Assembly: GCF_001194135.2 (NCBI RefSeq)
Contig: NC_068995.1
Coordinates: forward strand, 19,060,688 to 19,124,687
Length of the DNA: 64,000 bases
From: Octopus bimaculoides
Taxonomy: Eukaryota
Reading direction: 5' to 3'
Positions 37,130-50,375 of this stretch are shown piece by piece (the first letter of the stretch is position 1; the number at the start of each line of letters is the position of its first letter). The notes beneath the pieces are model-generated. The model worked only from the letters and a program-made list of their open reading frames with translations. It made no database searches and had not been told where the DNA came from. The translations under genes and the position numbers were made by a program.

Positions 37130-38009
37130 CGAGGTCTGATCAATAAGTATCGAGATTGCTGCCATAGTAACGAAGCTAATGAACGCAGAGTAAAGCCCCT
37201 TGGCAAAAACTGACCTTGAACGCCGTTTTCCTTTCACACTAAGTTTTAACATTCTAACTCACTTTCACTGTTTACAGCAGTACTTAGAAGGAAGCTGTGT
37301 AGCGTGGGATCGTCGCGTTGACCATGACAGTGGAAGTTGCCATGGTGATACAACGGAAAGTTACAGAAAGTGTAGGGAGAGGAGTGTATAAGCCGCACAG
37401 AATTCTACGAGTGGTTAGGACGTTTCCAAGATGGACGAAACGATGTCGATATTGACGAACGTTCTGGGAGATCTGCAACTATCAGACCTAAGAAAAACAT
37501 TGCAGGCAGATGTGCGTACCGCTGTAAGAGGAAATCGTTGAATCACCATCCGCGAGTTATCAGAGGCTGTGCAGATTAGTTACGTTTCAGTTGAGGCCAT
37601 TATCACTGAAGATTTGGGTATGAGACGCGTGTCTGCCAAATTTATGACAAAATTGCTTTCAACTGACCAAAAAGTGACACGAGTTTCAGTTGCACAAGAT
37701 CTCCTTGATTGTGTCGAGAAAGATAAAAAGTTTTTGAAAACGTTGCATAGGCTTTTGAGCAGGAATCGCCATACTTTTAGCAAAATTTGATGCAGATATT
37801 CTGGACAACTTTCTCTGTCATGTTCAATGCGACACTCACACGCTACACACCTTTCTTCCACAAACTGTTGCAAACAGCAGAAGTGAGATAGAAGGCTAAA
37901 TCTTAGTGTGTATGCACAACAGGGTTCAAGGTCAATCTTCACCAAGCGGCTTTACTTTGCATGCTTCGTAACTATGGCAACAGCGCAGATACTTTTTGAT
38001 CAGACCACG
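37130..38009 (+). mobile_element. Mariner-derived non-autonomous element (880 bp) with long inverted ends
   Basis: TA|CGAGGTCTGATCAATAAGTATC ... GATACTTTTTGATCAGACCACG|TA (20/22 match, TA duplication). Internal transposase N-terminus: FYEWLGRFQDGRNDV..DERSGR...ITIRELSE..ISY.SV..IITEDLGMRRVSAKFMTKLLSTDQK. No DDD catalytic domain. Confidence 0.93.
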
Positions 38010-39387
38010 TATTAAAATCTATAATCAGAAAAAAATAGTGTTTGCTCACAGCAGCAATAATTAATGTTTTTGTAAAGGCAACTAAATTTCCTGGTTTGAT
38101 TTGCTGAGAGGATTAAAACATTATATAACTTAGAGATAATCGTCCTTCTAAGTAGAGAGAGAGAGAGAGAGAGAGGGGGGGAGAGAGAGAGTTAGAAGGA
38201 TAGAGACAGTGAGAGAGGATGATAAAGCATTATCATAGTTGTGTATATAAGAGGGTTTTTATATTACTTCATATTGGTAAGGGATAGTTGCTCGAAGAGT
38301 TATACATCTCTACTTAACGGAGGCAAATAATTATGCTCCAATATATTCTTTGCTACAAAATTATGGCAGTATTATATTATATATTGTGAATATTATTTCG
38401 AAGATTTCGCATACGTATATATCAAAATGTCTAGCAACCAAGGTGTCGTAAAAGTAAATTATGTACCCATCCTCAGTAACAGCTTGTCCCGCCAACAGTA
38501 AATTTGAAACTAAAATCGATTTGTTTTTTTTAAACTAATACCTTCACATCTAAGTTATTCGGCTATTATGCTGACCATCATTTGTTAAATTAATGAAATT
38601 TTTCACAGCCGTTGCTTTTTATGAAGATGTGTAAACTAAGAAAATTACAGACACACTCGATTAATACAAACAGCGCGTTTCACTGCCTGAATTGAGATCT
38701 TAGCAGTAGTAAATTTTCTTTTCAGCCTTAGTACACTAAGATATTTAATGGAGGATAATAAATTACTAATGAAACAGAACCAGAGTTGAACAAATTTTCA
38801 TGGTTATAATCACCTATAACTACACAAAACATATTACAATCTGGAACAGTATTTTGTTGACTTGCTAGATTATAGGAGATTTCCACCAAAAAACAGAGGC
38901 AAAAATCCAATATGTATACCTGAATACGGTACCAATACTGATAGTTCATTCTTTGTTATGACTAAGAGTACAAATTGCAGTGTAATCTTAATTCTAACAA
39001 AATAATATCCTTCTTGGGAAGTTGGCAGCTATGTCTAGCAGTTAAATTGACTGAGTAGGGACAACTTCTTTGATTTGAAAAGTAAACACTAATCTAATAA
39101 CTGAGTAGAAAGTGTATGCCGCTGTACCTTATGGCATCACGATACTCTATCTGCTAGACCAAAATGGTTTACACCTACCGGTCTTAAGATATATTCAGTT
39201 TCCTTTAAACAGTTAGAAAACAGCTGAGATATTAAGAGTCTCCAATAAGCAATGGAAATAAACGAACAAGGCTCATTTTGGTTTCCCTACATAATATTCT
39301 CGTACGTATTTTGTGTGCAATCAAATGGAAGAACGCTAGAAATGTATGAGATGCGATTCAAAATTTTTTAAATTGTTGTGTACATAC

Positions 39388-39804
39388 AGGCGCAAGAGTG
39401 ACTGTGTGGTTAGAAGCTTGCTTCTCAACCACATGGCTCCAGATTCAGTTCCACTGCGTGGTGGCACCTTGGGCAAGTGTCTTCTACTATAGCCCTGGGC
39501 CAACCAAAGCCTTGTGAATGGCTTTGGGGGACAGAAACTGAAAGAAGCCTATTGTATATATATATATATGTATATATATATGCATGTGTTCCTTGTTTGC
39601 ACCTGTGTTTTTCCCCCCACTATCGCTTGACAGCCGATGTTGGTGTCTTTACGTCCCCGTCACCTAGCAGTTTGACATAAAGACGCCGATAGAATAAGTA
39701 CTAGGCTTTCAAAGAATAAGTCCTGGGGACGATTTATTCGACTAAAGGTGGTGCTCCAGCATGGCCGCAGTCAAATGACTTAGACAAGTAAAACAGTAAA
39801 AGAG
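39388..39804 (+). mobile_element. SINE family A, full length
   Basis: tRNA-like head (GACTGTGTGGTTAG; GATTCAGTTCC), CCTTGGGCAAGTGTCTTC central motif, internal (TA)n at about 39556-39585, 3' part ending AAACAGTAAAAGAG. Confidence 0.9.
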
Positions 39805-39849
39805 TATATATATATGCATGTATATATGTATTTATGTATGCATAATACG

Positions 39850-40430
39850 GACGTATTCTCCGAAAATTCTTCATCCATTATGGCATTTATTCAGTAATTA
39901 CTGTGTTACTATATTTTATAAAGTTATACGTTTCATTCTAGTGGTCACACTTTGGTATTTTGATTAATTATACGATTTGCTACATAACTTTTTCCTCATA
40001 ACGTATATTTATATATGAGTTTGGAGCTAATTGTTAACAAGTTGAATTGACAGTCGATATTTGACAGGCGCGATAATACATCTTTAATACTTTTCTTCAA
40101 GGTATCTTCTTTAACATCTGTTATTTCTTGCTCGTTGACTTTTGCGAAGTCATCCAGAAAATTACTTCGAAAATCTTTCTTTTCTTATTGATACTTCTTT
40201 CATTATTTTCGCTGCTTATGTTTGTTTTATTAATGCTATCGTTAGTCTCACTTATTTTGTCCATCTGGCACTTACTTGCAACATACTCATTATTTTGCAT
40301 TTTCTGTTGTTCCCTAGTAGGAGTTGGCGATATAATTTCTGTTATTTATGTACGTGTATGTTGTCTGTCACTGACGAGATATTTTCATACATTAGCTAAT
40401 TATTTAGGCTTATATGATCTCTGAAATTAA
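39850..40430 (-). pseudogene. Possible second R4/Dong ORF N-terminal remnant
   Basis: Minus-strand scraps LANV*KYLVSDRQ and P*WMKNFRRI recall the region upstream of the RT in Dong-type ORFs; weak. Confidence 0.25.
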
Positions 40431-40799
40431 CTAGCATATATTCTCCATGTTTTATGTTTGTGCGGTGATAAGACTTCAAGTAAATGAGGTAAAGCAATTA
40501 TTATCATATCTCATATTTTTATAAGTAACGTCATCTTTATGTTTCAATAATTAGCGGAAAAAATGTAATAAAAATTTGAATGTAACAAGGTTTTGTTGCT
40601 TTGTCGAATTGCTTTTAATACCAGATTCAGGCGTCACCATTAAATGCAAGGTATATTACAAATCAATGAAAATATGTATGCCATTAATATAATGTAAAGA
40701 CACGGCACTATTTGAACACTTTACTCAGACAAGAATCGTTCCAGCAGAAGAATTTGTTTTAGCTCTTTAAACTCTAAAATGTCCAACTATGCTGCGATC

Positions 40800-40925
40800 A
40801 ACATTGCCTTTCATCCTTAGGGTTCGATAATATAAGTAGCAGTCATGTACCGGGGTCGATGTAGTCGACCAACACCTTACGCAATGTTTCAGGTCTTGTT
40901 TCAATAGTAGAAAGGATTATTATAA
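40800..40925 (+). mobile_element. SINE family B, 3' half
   Basis: TTGCCTTTCATCCTTAGGGTTCGATAATATAAGTAG...GGGGTCGATGTAGTCGACC...GTAGAAAGGATTATT. Confidence 0.8.
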
Positions 40926-42049
40926 TTTCTTTTTCTTCAATATTCTCTTGAAAAATTCTTAAAAGTGTCAATAGTCCGATTGAAGACATCTATGACAAAT
41001 ATAAACGTACCGCTTAGGTGATATCTTATGGTTCTAATTTTGCCTGCCAGATAGATAAGCACATTAAAATCGGAAAGTTTTGGGATAAATGCAGTAACAT
41101 CATCAGCACGACAAACACACTGCAAGGAAAATAGAACATACAAGCCAAGAAATAACTGTAACGACAACAACAGAGATGATAATAAATGAGAGGTGAGAAA
41201 ACACAATAACAACACCGACAATAACCCAGCTACAATCAGCAATGCTTCCAGTAATACAGCAGAAACAACAACCAATGATGCTACGCTATTACAACGACTA
41301 ACCGAACACCTTCAGCTATTTTATCAACTAGTAAGACTTTCATCCTACACAAAATATTTTTTTTTTGTTTCATCCACCACTTCTGTTTAAATAACTGAAG
41401 TAGCTACTCAAAGAGAAATCACTGAAAAAGCGTTGAAAATGCTGCAAAATTTGGCTGCAAGAGGTGCAAACTAATAGAACAGGATTCTGTTGATAAGAAA
41501 AGATGAACATTTCTTCTCCAGGAACGATAAGAAAGACATATTGCCCGTGACCCCAGACGCCTTCTAGTAAACCACAACGAAACATATACACATTCCTGTT
41601 GTGTGGTCGATGACAAGAAATGCTCACAAACGACTTAGGAGAGAAGGAAAACAATAGATATCAACTTTGTGGGTCGGTGATGTGAGATTCTTCAGTGATT
41701 CCTCTCGATTAGGATTGAAGATGTTATGCTATTCCTAAATACGGCCAACAATTAACAAAAGCAAATGCTGCGAGGATTAAACATCTGATCGAGTAGGATT
41801 TCTATTTTGGGGGGAAAACTAACTCAATACTTAATTACATGTAAACACACTACTCAAACATATGACTTAATATAGGGACGGACAACTTGATATTAGAAAA
41901 TGATATCGCTCTAAAATAGTCCGCCAAAACGGTATTCAATAATAGAAATAACATTGGATAAGATGTTCAACGGAACTGTGGAAATAACATTCGATATCTG
42001 CTCATTATATCTTTGTAACCTTCACAACAAAATGAACAATCAAATATGC

Positions 42050-43450
42050 ACCAACCTTAAATACAGTAAATTCTAGAGGTAAATTGCGAGAAATGTAACG
42101 AAAATAATCAGCATCTTCATATGCACAAATAGTAATCTATTTAGATAAAATGACTGAGTGTATTCCCACAACAGTTATAACCTAGATAATTTAGTTTCAG
42201 ATTTGGTTAAAAGTGTTTAAGTAACACAATATAACAGATTGCAAAAGACACTACTTCTGATATTTGTTTAAATATCCTCTCGTTTGATTTTATTTACGGA
42301 AAATTACTGTTAATTAATTGGACTGAACTATCAATTATTTGAGCTTTTTCATTTATTTAAACATTATGCTCTCATAATACTGATGTATTATTGATGTTAC
42401 CTAGCTCATCGCTACTCATTCTAGTATTTCTGCATTGTGAATAATGTCAAACATGATCAACGCATGCCATTCTTCATATATTCTCTTCTTGATAATTTCT
42501 TTTATAATTTATCTTTAGAAATATACAAGTCTTTTCAATGCTGCAATGCTTTCAAGCAATGTTGTACTCAATGTTGCGTCAGCTGTAGGTAGGCAGGTTT
42601 TGGTTTTAAGGGTCTATAGATTTGATATATCATTGTTAATTTTTAAAACCTGCGACAGTTTTCCAGTCAGTGAACCATTTAATTGTTTCTAGTTTTTCAG
42701 TAAGTTAAAAATGTGTTGCTTAATTTTATGACTTACAATTGCTCTAATAACGTTCTTTATCTAAAAAGCGATCTCTTCACTTTCTATTCACCTACAAAAG
42801 TTCTATATTTATCTTACTGTTTGTGTGATATTGAATTATTATTATATTTTCTTTACCTAGTTCTTGATTAAATCTCTTAGTTTTGGAGTCGAAATATTTG
42901 TTTGCTTAAGAGAATCGTTATTGCTTCTCATAACGATGGATTCTTTGCAGTCGCTCTTTGATTTCAAGCATTGCTCTTATTATTTATTATTATTATTATT
43001 ATTAGTTGTGTAGTATTTGTCACTCCTTTATCTTTTTCCTTCAAAATCGTGTTTTCGTTACTGATTTCATTAAGGATTAAGAGATCTTTTCTTTTGTTCT
43101 CAGTTTTCTGTACAGTGTGTTTGCTTTCAACATTGTTTGTTCGAGTTATGATATGAGTAGATCATAAAGCGTACCAGCTTACCTTTATAATTACTTTAGC
43201 TACTGCATATATTATTTCGTTTACGGGGGTGTGGTTGTATTGAGAGTAAACTACTTATGTGCCTAGTTGCCCTATTTTCTGTATAAAAAATTGACCAAGT
43301 ATAAGGATATTTTATGTCAAATATATTTGCATCAACTAGTATTGATCTTATCAGCATGTGGGTCGTATTTACATTCCAGAGATTCGCGTTTGTATCAGCC
43401 TGCTTTTTTACTGTTTCTTTGTTTTTTCAAATATTCGTGAATTGTTTGTT
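42050..43450 (-). pseudogene. Heavily decayed R4/Dong-clade reverse transcriptase remnant
   Basis: Ordered minus-strand motifs across frames: VNEIIYAVAKVI; KRKDLLILNEIS; IKERLQRIHRYEKQ...NKYFDSKTKRFNQELGK; TDWKTVAG; TCLPT; MACVDH/FDIIHNAEILE; LSHFI*IDY (eroded SHL.YMDD). Confidence 0.65.
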
Positions 43451-44483
43451 TTCAGTCTCCGTCTATATAATTCAATCATTGATATTAGATGATGGAATCC
43501 TCTCAGCACTATGTAATATTTGTCTACATCATTCAATCCTAAAGGAATCAGCTTTGCCGGCAAAAGATAAATCAGTCAAGCAGAATGGCTGTTTGATCGG
43601 GCAATCCCTACATATCTATATATATATATATATATATNNNNNNNNNNNNNNNNNNNNNNNNNNNNNNNNNNNNNNNNNNNNNNNNNNNNNNNNNNNNNNN
43701 NNNNNNNNNNNNNNNNNNNNNNNNNNNNNNNNNNNNNNNNNNNNNNNNNNNNNNNNNNNNNNNNNNNNNNNNNNNNNNNNNNNNNNNNNNNNNNNNNNNN
43801 NNNNNNNNNNNNNNNNNNNNNNNNNNNNNNNNNNNNNNNNNNNNNNNNNNNNNNNNNNNNNNNNNNNNNNNNNNNNNNNNNNNNNNNNNNNNNNNNNNNN
43901 NNNNNNNNNNNNNNNNNNNNNNNNNNNNNNNNNNNNNNNNNNNNNNNNNNNNNNNNNNNNNNNNNNNNNNNNNNNNNNNNNNNNNNNNNNNNNNNNNNNN
44001 NNNNNNNNNNNNNNNNNNNNNNNNNNNNNNNNNNNNNNNNNNNNNNNNNNNNNNNNNNNNNNNNNNNNNNNNNNNNNNNNNNNNNNNNNNNNNNNNNNNN
44101 NNNNNNNNNNNNNNNNNNNNNNNNNNNNNNNNNNNNNNNNNNNNNNNNNNNNNNNNNNNNNNNNNNNNNNNNNNNNNNNNNNNNNNNNNNNNNNNNNNNN
44201 NNNNNNNNNNNNNNNNNNNNNNNNNNNNNNNNNNNNNNNNNNNNNNNNNNNNNNNNNNNNNNNNNNNNNNNNNNNTATGTATATATATACATGTTTATGT
44301 AAATGCACAACCACACACACTCATATATACATATGTGTGTGTGTGTGTGTATGCATGCATATATATATATAAATAAATAGATAGATAGATATACGCTCAT
44401 ATAAGAACGTATGTAATGAACATATGAAAACATACATGGCTATATGGATATATCTTTTCTTCTCTTTCATGTATGTATATCTA

Positions 44484-44536
<53 letters not shown>

Positions 44537-44968
44537 NNNNNNNNNNNNNNNNNNNNNNNNNNNNNNNNNNNNNNNNNNNNNNNNNNNNNNNNNNNNNNNN
44601 NNNNNNNNNNNNNNNNNNNNNNNNNNNNNNNNNNNNNNNNNNNNNNNNNNNNNNNNNNNNNNNNNNNNNNNNNNNNNNNNNNNNNNNNNNNNNNNNNNNN
44701 NNNNNNNNNNNNNNNNNNNNNNNNNNNNNNNNNNNNNNNNNNNNNNNNNNNNNNNNNNNNNNNNNNNNNNNNNNNNNNNNNNNNNNNNNNNNNNNNNNNN
44801 NNNNNNNNNNNNNNNNNNNNNNNNNNNNNNNNNNNNNNNNNNNNNNNNNNNNNNNNNNNNNNNNNNNNNNNNNNNNNNNNNNNNNNNNNNNNNNNNNNNN
44901 NNNNNNNNNNNNNNNNNNNNNNNNNNNNNNNNNNNNNNNNNNNNNNNNNNNNNNNNNNNNNNNNNNNN

Positions 44969-45060
<92 letters not shown>

Positions 45061-45489
45061 TGTAAATATATGTGCACAAAGGCACACAGACACATACACT
45101 CGCACATACATACAATACATAGTTTCTGAATTAATAATCATTTTTACGACTATACGTTCTTGATGATTGTGTAATCTTGTGCATCGATTCAGATGATGAG
45201 TCTGTGTATGAGTCTATGTGTGTGCATCATCATACTTACGGCTATGTGCGTATGTATATGTATGTCGAAATAATTCTCTTATGTGTTTATTCATGTGCGT
45301 GTATATGTGTATTTATCTAAGACTCTTTATTTCGATGTTTCTCTGTTTATCTGTGAGCTGATAAGTATTTCCGTTTGTTATCAACTTACATTTTGTGAGC
45401 ATTTTTATCCTTCAACTCCACCTCTCCACCTCCACTTTTCCTCCTCCTCCTCTTCTTCCTCGGCTTCCTTTTTCTGCTTCTCAACATCA

Positions 45490-45528
45490 TAGCAATCATC
45501 CTCACCACCATTATCGTCATCATCATCA

Positions 45529-45590
<62 letters not shown>

Positions 45591-45606
45591 GTTGTTGTTG
45601 TTGTTG

Positions 45607-45682
<76 letters not shown>

Positions 45683-45735
45683 ACCATCTTCATCACATCA
45701 GTTGATGTTGCCTATGTTGTTGTTGTTGTTGTTGC
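45490..45735. repeat. Compound microsatellite (CAT)/(TTA)/(TTG)
   Basis: Direct reading. Confidence 0.95.
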
Positions 45736-48700
45736 TATGTTTGTAATATTCGTTCTTGTAGTTAGTATTACTATTGTATTATTCATTAGCCTACACATTA
45801 TTATTAATATCAATGTTATTATCAGTATTATATTATTATTATCATCGTTTTATTTTTTCCCCCTTCATCTTAACATCAACATCCTTATTAATATTATCAA
45901 CAGTTCTGTTGTTTAGGATGCTGGCTGTGGTTGTCTTGATCTTCCTGCTTATCGTCATTGTTGTTGTTGCTAGAATTGTTGCTGTTGTTGTTGTCGTCGT
46001 TGTAGTCGTCGTCGTTGTTATACTTGTGATTATATTTTCTGCTTTGATGATTTGTTTGCGTGATTGAATTGCCAGAGATCAATAATAAGATAGACAGCAA
46101 TGGTTATAGTTACGGTTATGGTTATGATTATAGTTATGGTTATGGTTATTCAGAGTGTACGGTTCGGTTATGGTAATGATAATGCTAATGGTAATGGCAA
46201 TATTATGTGATATGGTAAAGTATAGTGCGGTGTGTGGCGTAAGGTAGTATGATGTTATGGCATGGTGTGGGCTGCGTTAAGATGTGGGGGTATTAAACAA
46301 TATCACCATCGCCTTCATTGGCGTTCTTGTAATTCTTATCAGACATCATCACATATTTAGCGCGAGATATTGGCGCTGAGATAATGTTAGCCGAAATAGA
46401 CAGCTCACTTGCTGGTCTTTGTTGTTTTGTGTTTCTTTATCTTTTTGATGTGTTTATATTTGTTATATCTTTTATTTTATTTGTGCATTTATTTTGTTAT
46501 GTTGTTTTTGTTTTCATCTTGTCTTGAAAAATGTCATTTCGTTGATGAAAACATAACGAATAAATACAATAAAAATCGTAACTTTACTCACAGCACCACC
46601 TTCCCAAGTTTCGTGTCTACGCGTACCAAAAGTACACAATCACACGTACATATAGCCATGCATTAAAAGAGAAAGAAAGGCACCTACTATCAATATGTTA
46701 ACAATCATCAACACCAATACATCCAATGTATTTTTCCACCTACTTAATTTACGTCGTCATCTACTCACACGAAACCTCCAGTATTGTCTATAAGTTGTTT
46801 CTCACTCTCTCTTGGTAAATGTTTATGCGTGGATAATGTGTAATTTATAACGACTTAGGTAAATTATATAATGCATAGCGGAAAAATATAACGTAACTAT
46901 ATACTACAGGGAATTATATCCGAAGCTTGACTGATTACTCTATCTGATGCCAATTTCATTAAAAATACACATGCAAAGGAATGTACACATGTACATATCC
47001 GTATATACAAACATTGTGCGCATATAGACGTCATTCGCAAGAGAATATGACTTAGCATCGAGTATCTTACTTTCGGTAATTGTTTTTCTTTCCCATTTAG
47101 ACATTAACAGACATAAATACTCCCTTAAAACTACGCTGACTTGACAAAACATCAAGGTCGTCAGGTATGGATGGACAAATATTGTTATCGTTTTTCAGAA
47201 GAATACACTCCAAGAACGTAAAATGAAGTTTCTCGCTGAAGGGATGCAAGGAAGAGCAATATTCGTTCTTTGTCTCACTCAACACACGCACGTATCCATA
47301 TAAATGTCCATGTATACGCATGTTCACCATATATATTTTACATACACGCACACATGTACATAGACACATCAATATATATATANNNNNNNNNNNNNNNNNN
47401 NNNNNNNNNNNNNNNNNNNNNNNNNNNNNNNNNNNNNNNNNNNNNNNNNNNNNNNNNNNNNNNNNNNNNNNNNNNNNNNNNNNNNNNNNNNNNNNNNNNN
47501 NNNNNNNNNNNNNNNNNNNNNNNNNNNNNNNNNNNNNNNNNNNNNNNNNNNNNNNNNNNNNNNNNNNNNNNNNNNNNNNNNNNNNNNNNNNNNNNNNNNN
47601 NNNNNNNNNNNNNNNNNNNNNNNNNNNNNNNNNNNNNNNNNNNNNNNNNNNNNNNNNNNNNNNNNNNNNNNNNNNNNNNNNNNNNNNNNNNNNNNNNNNN
47701 NNNNNNNNNNNNNNNNNNNNNNNNNNNNNNNNNNNNNNNNNNNNNNNNNNNNNNNNNNNNNNNNNNNNNNNNNNNNNNNNNNNNNNNNNNNNNNNNNNNN
47801 NNNNNNNNNNNNNNNNNNNNNNNNNNNNNNNNNNNNNNNNNNNNNNNNNNNNNNNNNNNNNNNNNNNNNNNNNNNNNNNNNNNNNNNNNNNNNNNNNNNN
47901 NNNNNNNNNNNNNNNNNNNNNNNNNNNNNNNNNNNNNNNNNNNNNNNNNNNNNNNNNNNNNNNNNNNNNNNNNNNNNNNNNNNNNNNATATATATTCATA
48001 TATACATCATTAAATAACGAAAGGAGATAAATTGAAAAATATTTCAATGCAGACATGTTTATATATGTGCGTGCTTGTGGGCCAGTAAAGAATGTGTGTG
48101 CCTGTAATGAATGAAAGTTACAAAAGTTGTATAGATAAGTCGATATGCAAATGGAAACATATGTACTGTGAAACACACACACACACCACACACACACACG
48201 CACAGACACACATGTACACACACGCACACACACACATGTACACACACGCACACGCGCATACATGTACTCACATGCACACACACACACACAAACATACACA
48301 CATCGGTGACTGAATATATATTAAATCGATGAGATACGTGTGTGTGTGTGTGTGTGTTTGTACCTTCTTATATATGAATGTATGTACGCGTACGTACAGA
48401 TTTGTATATATGTCTGAATCTGGTAAACGCTTCCGTTCTTTTGTGTAAATTGTGTTTTGTTGTTTCTCTGTATTTTCTATTGCCTACAGAACATGGAAGA
48501 TATGTATTCAGTATTGATGAAATCATATGCTAATCAGACAGGAGAACAATAGTGCCGCAGAAACTTTGTGATGGAACTGTAAAGGGAATCTTGATAGCAG
48601 AGACAATGGCACGGATGTGTCTGTAGACGAGAATTAGTGTATACATATACAATTAGAAATACCAGCACATATATACACTGTGCTCTATGTATGTAACTAT

Positions 48701-49983
48701 ATATGCATAATCGTGTGTTATTGTGTTTCATATATATATATATATATATANNNNNNNNNNNNNNNNNNNNNNNNNNNNNNNNNNNNNNNNNNNNNNNNNN
48801 NNNNNNNNNNNNNNNNNNNNNNNNNNNNNNNNNNNNNNNNNNNNNNNNNNNNNNNNNNNNNNNNNNNNNNNNNNNNNNNNNNNNNNNNNNNNNNNNNNNN
48901 NNNNNNNNNNNNNNNNNNNNNNNNNNNNNNNNNNNNNNNNNNNNNNNNNNNNNNNNNNNNNNNNNNNNNNNNNNNNNNNNNNNNNNNNNNNNNNNNNNNN
49001 NNNNNNNNNNNNNNNNNNNNNNNNNNNNNNNNNNNNNNNNNNNNNNNNNNNNNNNNNNNNNNNNNNNNNNNNNNNNNNNNNNNNNNNNNNNNNNNNNNNN
49101 NNNNNNNNNNNNNNNNNNNNNNNNNNNNNNNNNNNNNNNNNNNNNNNNNNNNNNNNNNNNNNNNNNNNNNNNNNNNNNNNNNNNNNNNNNNNNNNNNNNN
49201 NNNNNNNNNNNNNNNNNNNNNNNNATATGTATATATGGTGTGTGTGCATATATGTGTTTTGCTTGTATAAATATATGTATACATACAACTGCATATAAAT
49301 ATTTATGAATATGTTTATATATGTAAACGTCTGGCTACGTCTCATCATGTACACGACTGTGTTCAAGTTTTATCAGCTTTCATTGTAGGCTTTTCGTATT
49401 TTCTTATTAGATTTTCACAGTGAGTTTTGACCAAGAAATTTCATAAATTGCTAATCGACGTATCCCGACCTTAACAGTACCTTGTAAAGAACTGATTACA
49501 TTTGGTATCTTTGTTGTTTCTTATACACTGGTAGTATTCATGGAGACTTTCCGGCAAACTGTTTTTCCCTTACGGGATCAGTTGCGTGCTGATTTTTTCT
49601 CTAGCGTCGCGCGAATTTTCGTAGGATAAGTATTCTTACTGTGCTTAACAATGAATTGTATTTCGATTTGAGTAGGGCTTTCATAATTAAATTTCCGTCA
49701 GATATATTCAAATCTAAAAATAAAAAATTGGTCTTGAAGATGTAGAAACAGCGAATATGAATCTGGGAATGAAATATAAAGTACAGATATTAACAGCAAA
49801 TCATAGAATGCCAAACGTGAAAACATGAAAAATATAACTGCAACATTGTCATGTGTGTAAGGAAACATGAATATAAAGAAAACTGTCCCTGTATATTCAA
49901 ACAAAATCCAAAGATGTCCAGGAGTACGTATGTACATATATATGATATATGTGGCCATATATATATTTTTAGCGAAATATATG

Positions 49984-50024
<41 letters not shown>

Positions 50025-50149
50025 AAACAAACTTATAAATTTCTCTTATATTTTTGTCTTTCTTTTTAAATATATTCGTTCTGTCATACGCAGAGTACGT
50101 ATGTTTGAAGCAAATGCATTGTAAAGCGTCATTGTAAGTACCAACTAAC

Positions 50150-50375
50150 CGGTGAGAGAATCCGCTTCATAACAAAAGTGCTTAGCGGCATTTTAATGCT
50201 TAGCGGCATTTTAATGCTTAGCGGCATTTCTCTCATCTTTACGCTCTGAGTTCAAATTTGTCTTTCATCCTTTCAGGATCAATAAAATGTGTATCACTTG
50301 AACGCTGGGGTAGGTGTAATCAACTTCCCCTCTCCTCCGAAACTGCATGTCTTGTGCGAAACTTCGAGACCAATA
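50150..50375 (+). mobile_element. SINE family B with an internal triplication
   Basis: GCTTAGCGGCATTT...TCTGAGTTCAAATT...TTTCATCCTTTCAGGATCAATAAA...CTTGTGCGAAACTTCGAGACCAATATT. Confidence 0.8.

Noticed and set aside
37200-37945. Two mutually similar ORFs (37200..37391 + and 37580..37945 -) as a duplicated gene
   Set aside because: Off-frame translations of the mariner 5' leader; the similarity simply reflects the inverted arms.
46102-46149. (GGTTAT)n as interstitial telomeric repeat
   Set aside because: The unit is TTATGG, not TTAGGG; it is short and imperfect, within decayed trinucleotide-derived sequence.
47101-47164. AG...GT-bounded 64-bp candidate exon
   Set aside because: Stops in all three frames; no support for a coding exon.
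48490-48552. Good acceptor followed by NMEDMYSVLMKSYANQTGEQ* as a terminal host exon
   Set aside because: Only 20 residues, no recognisable homology and no partner exons. It needs RNA-seq.
4406-49366. Long ORFs of 200-400 aa in the track
   Set aside because: They span N-gaps; X codons hide stops. Artefacts.
50179-50229. CRISPR-like repeat
   Set aside because: Contiguous tandem units with no spacers, inside a eukaryotic SINE.
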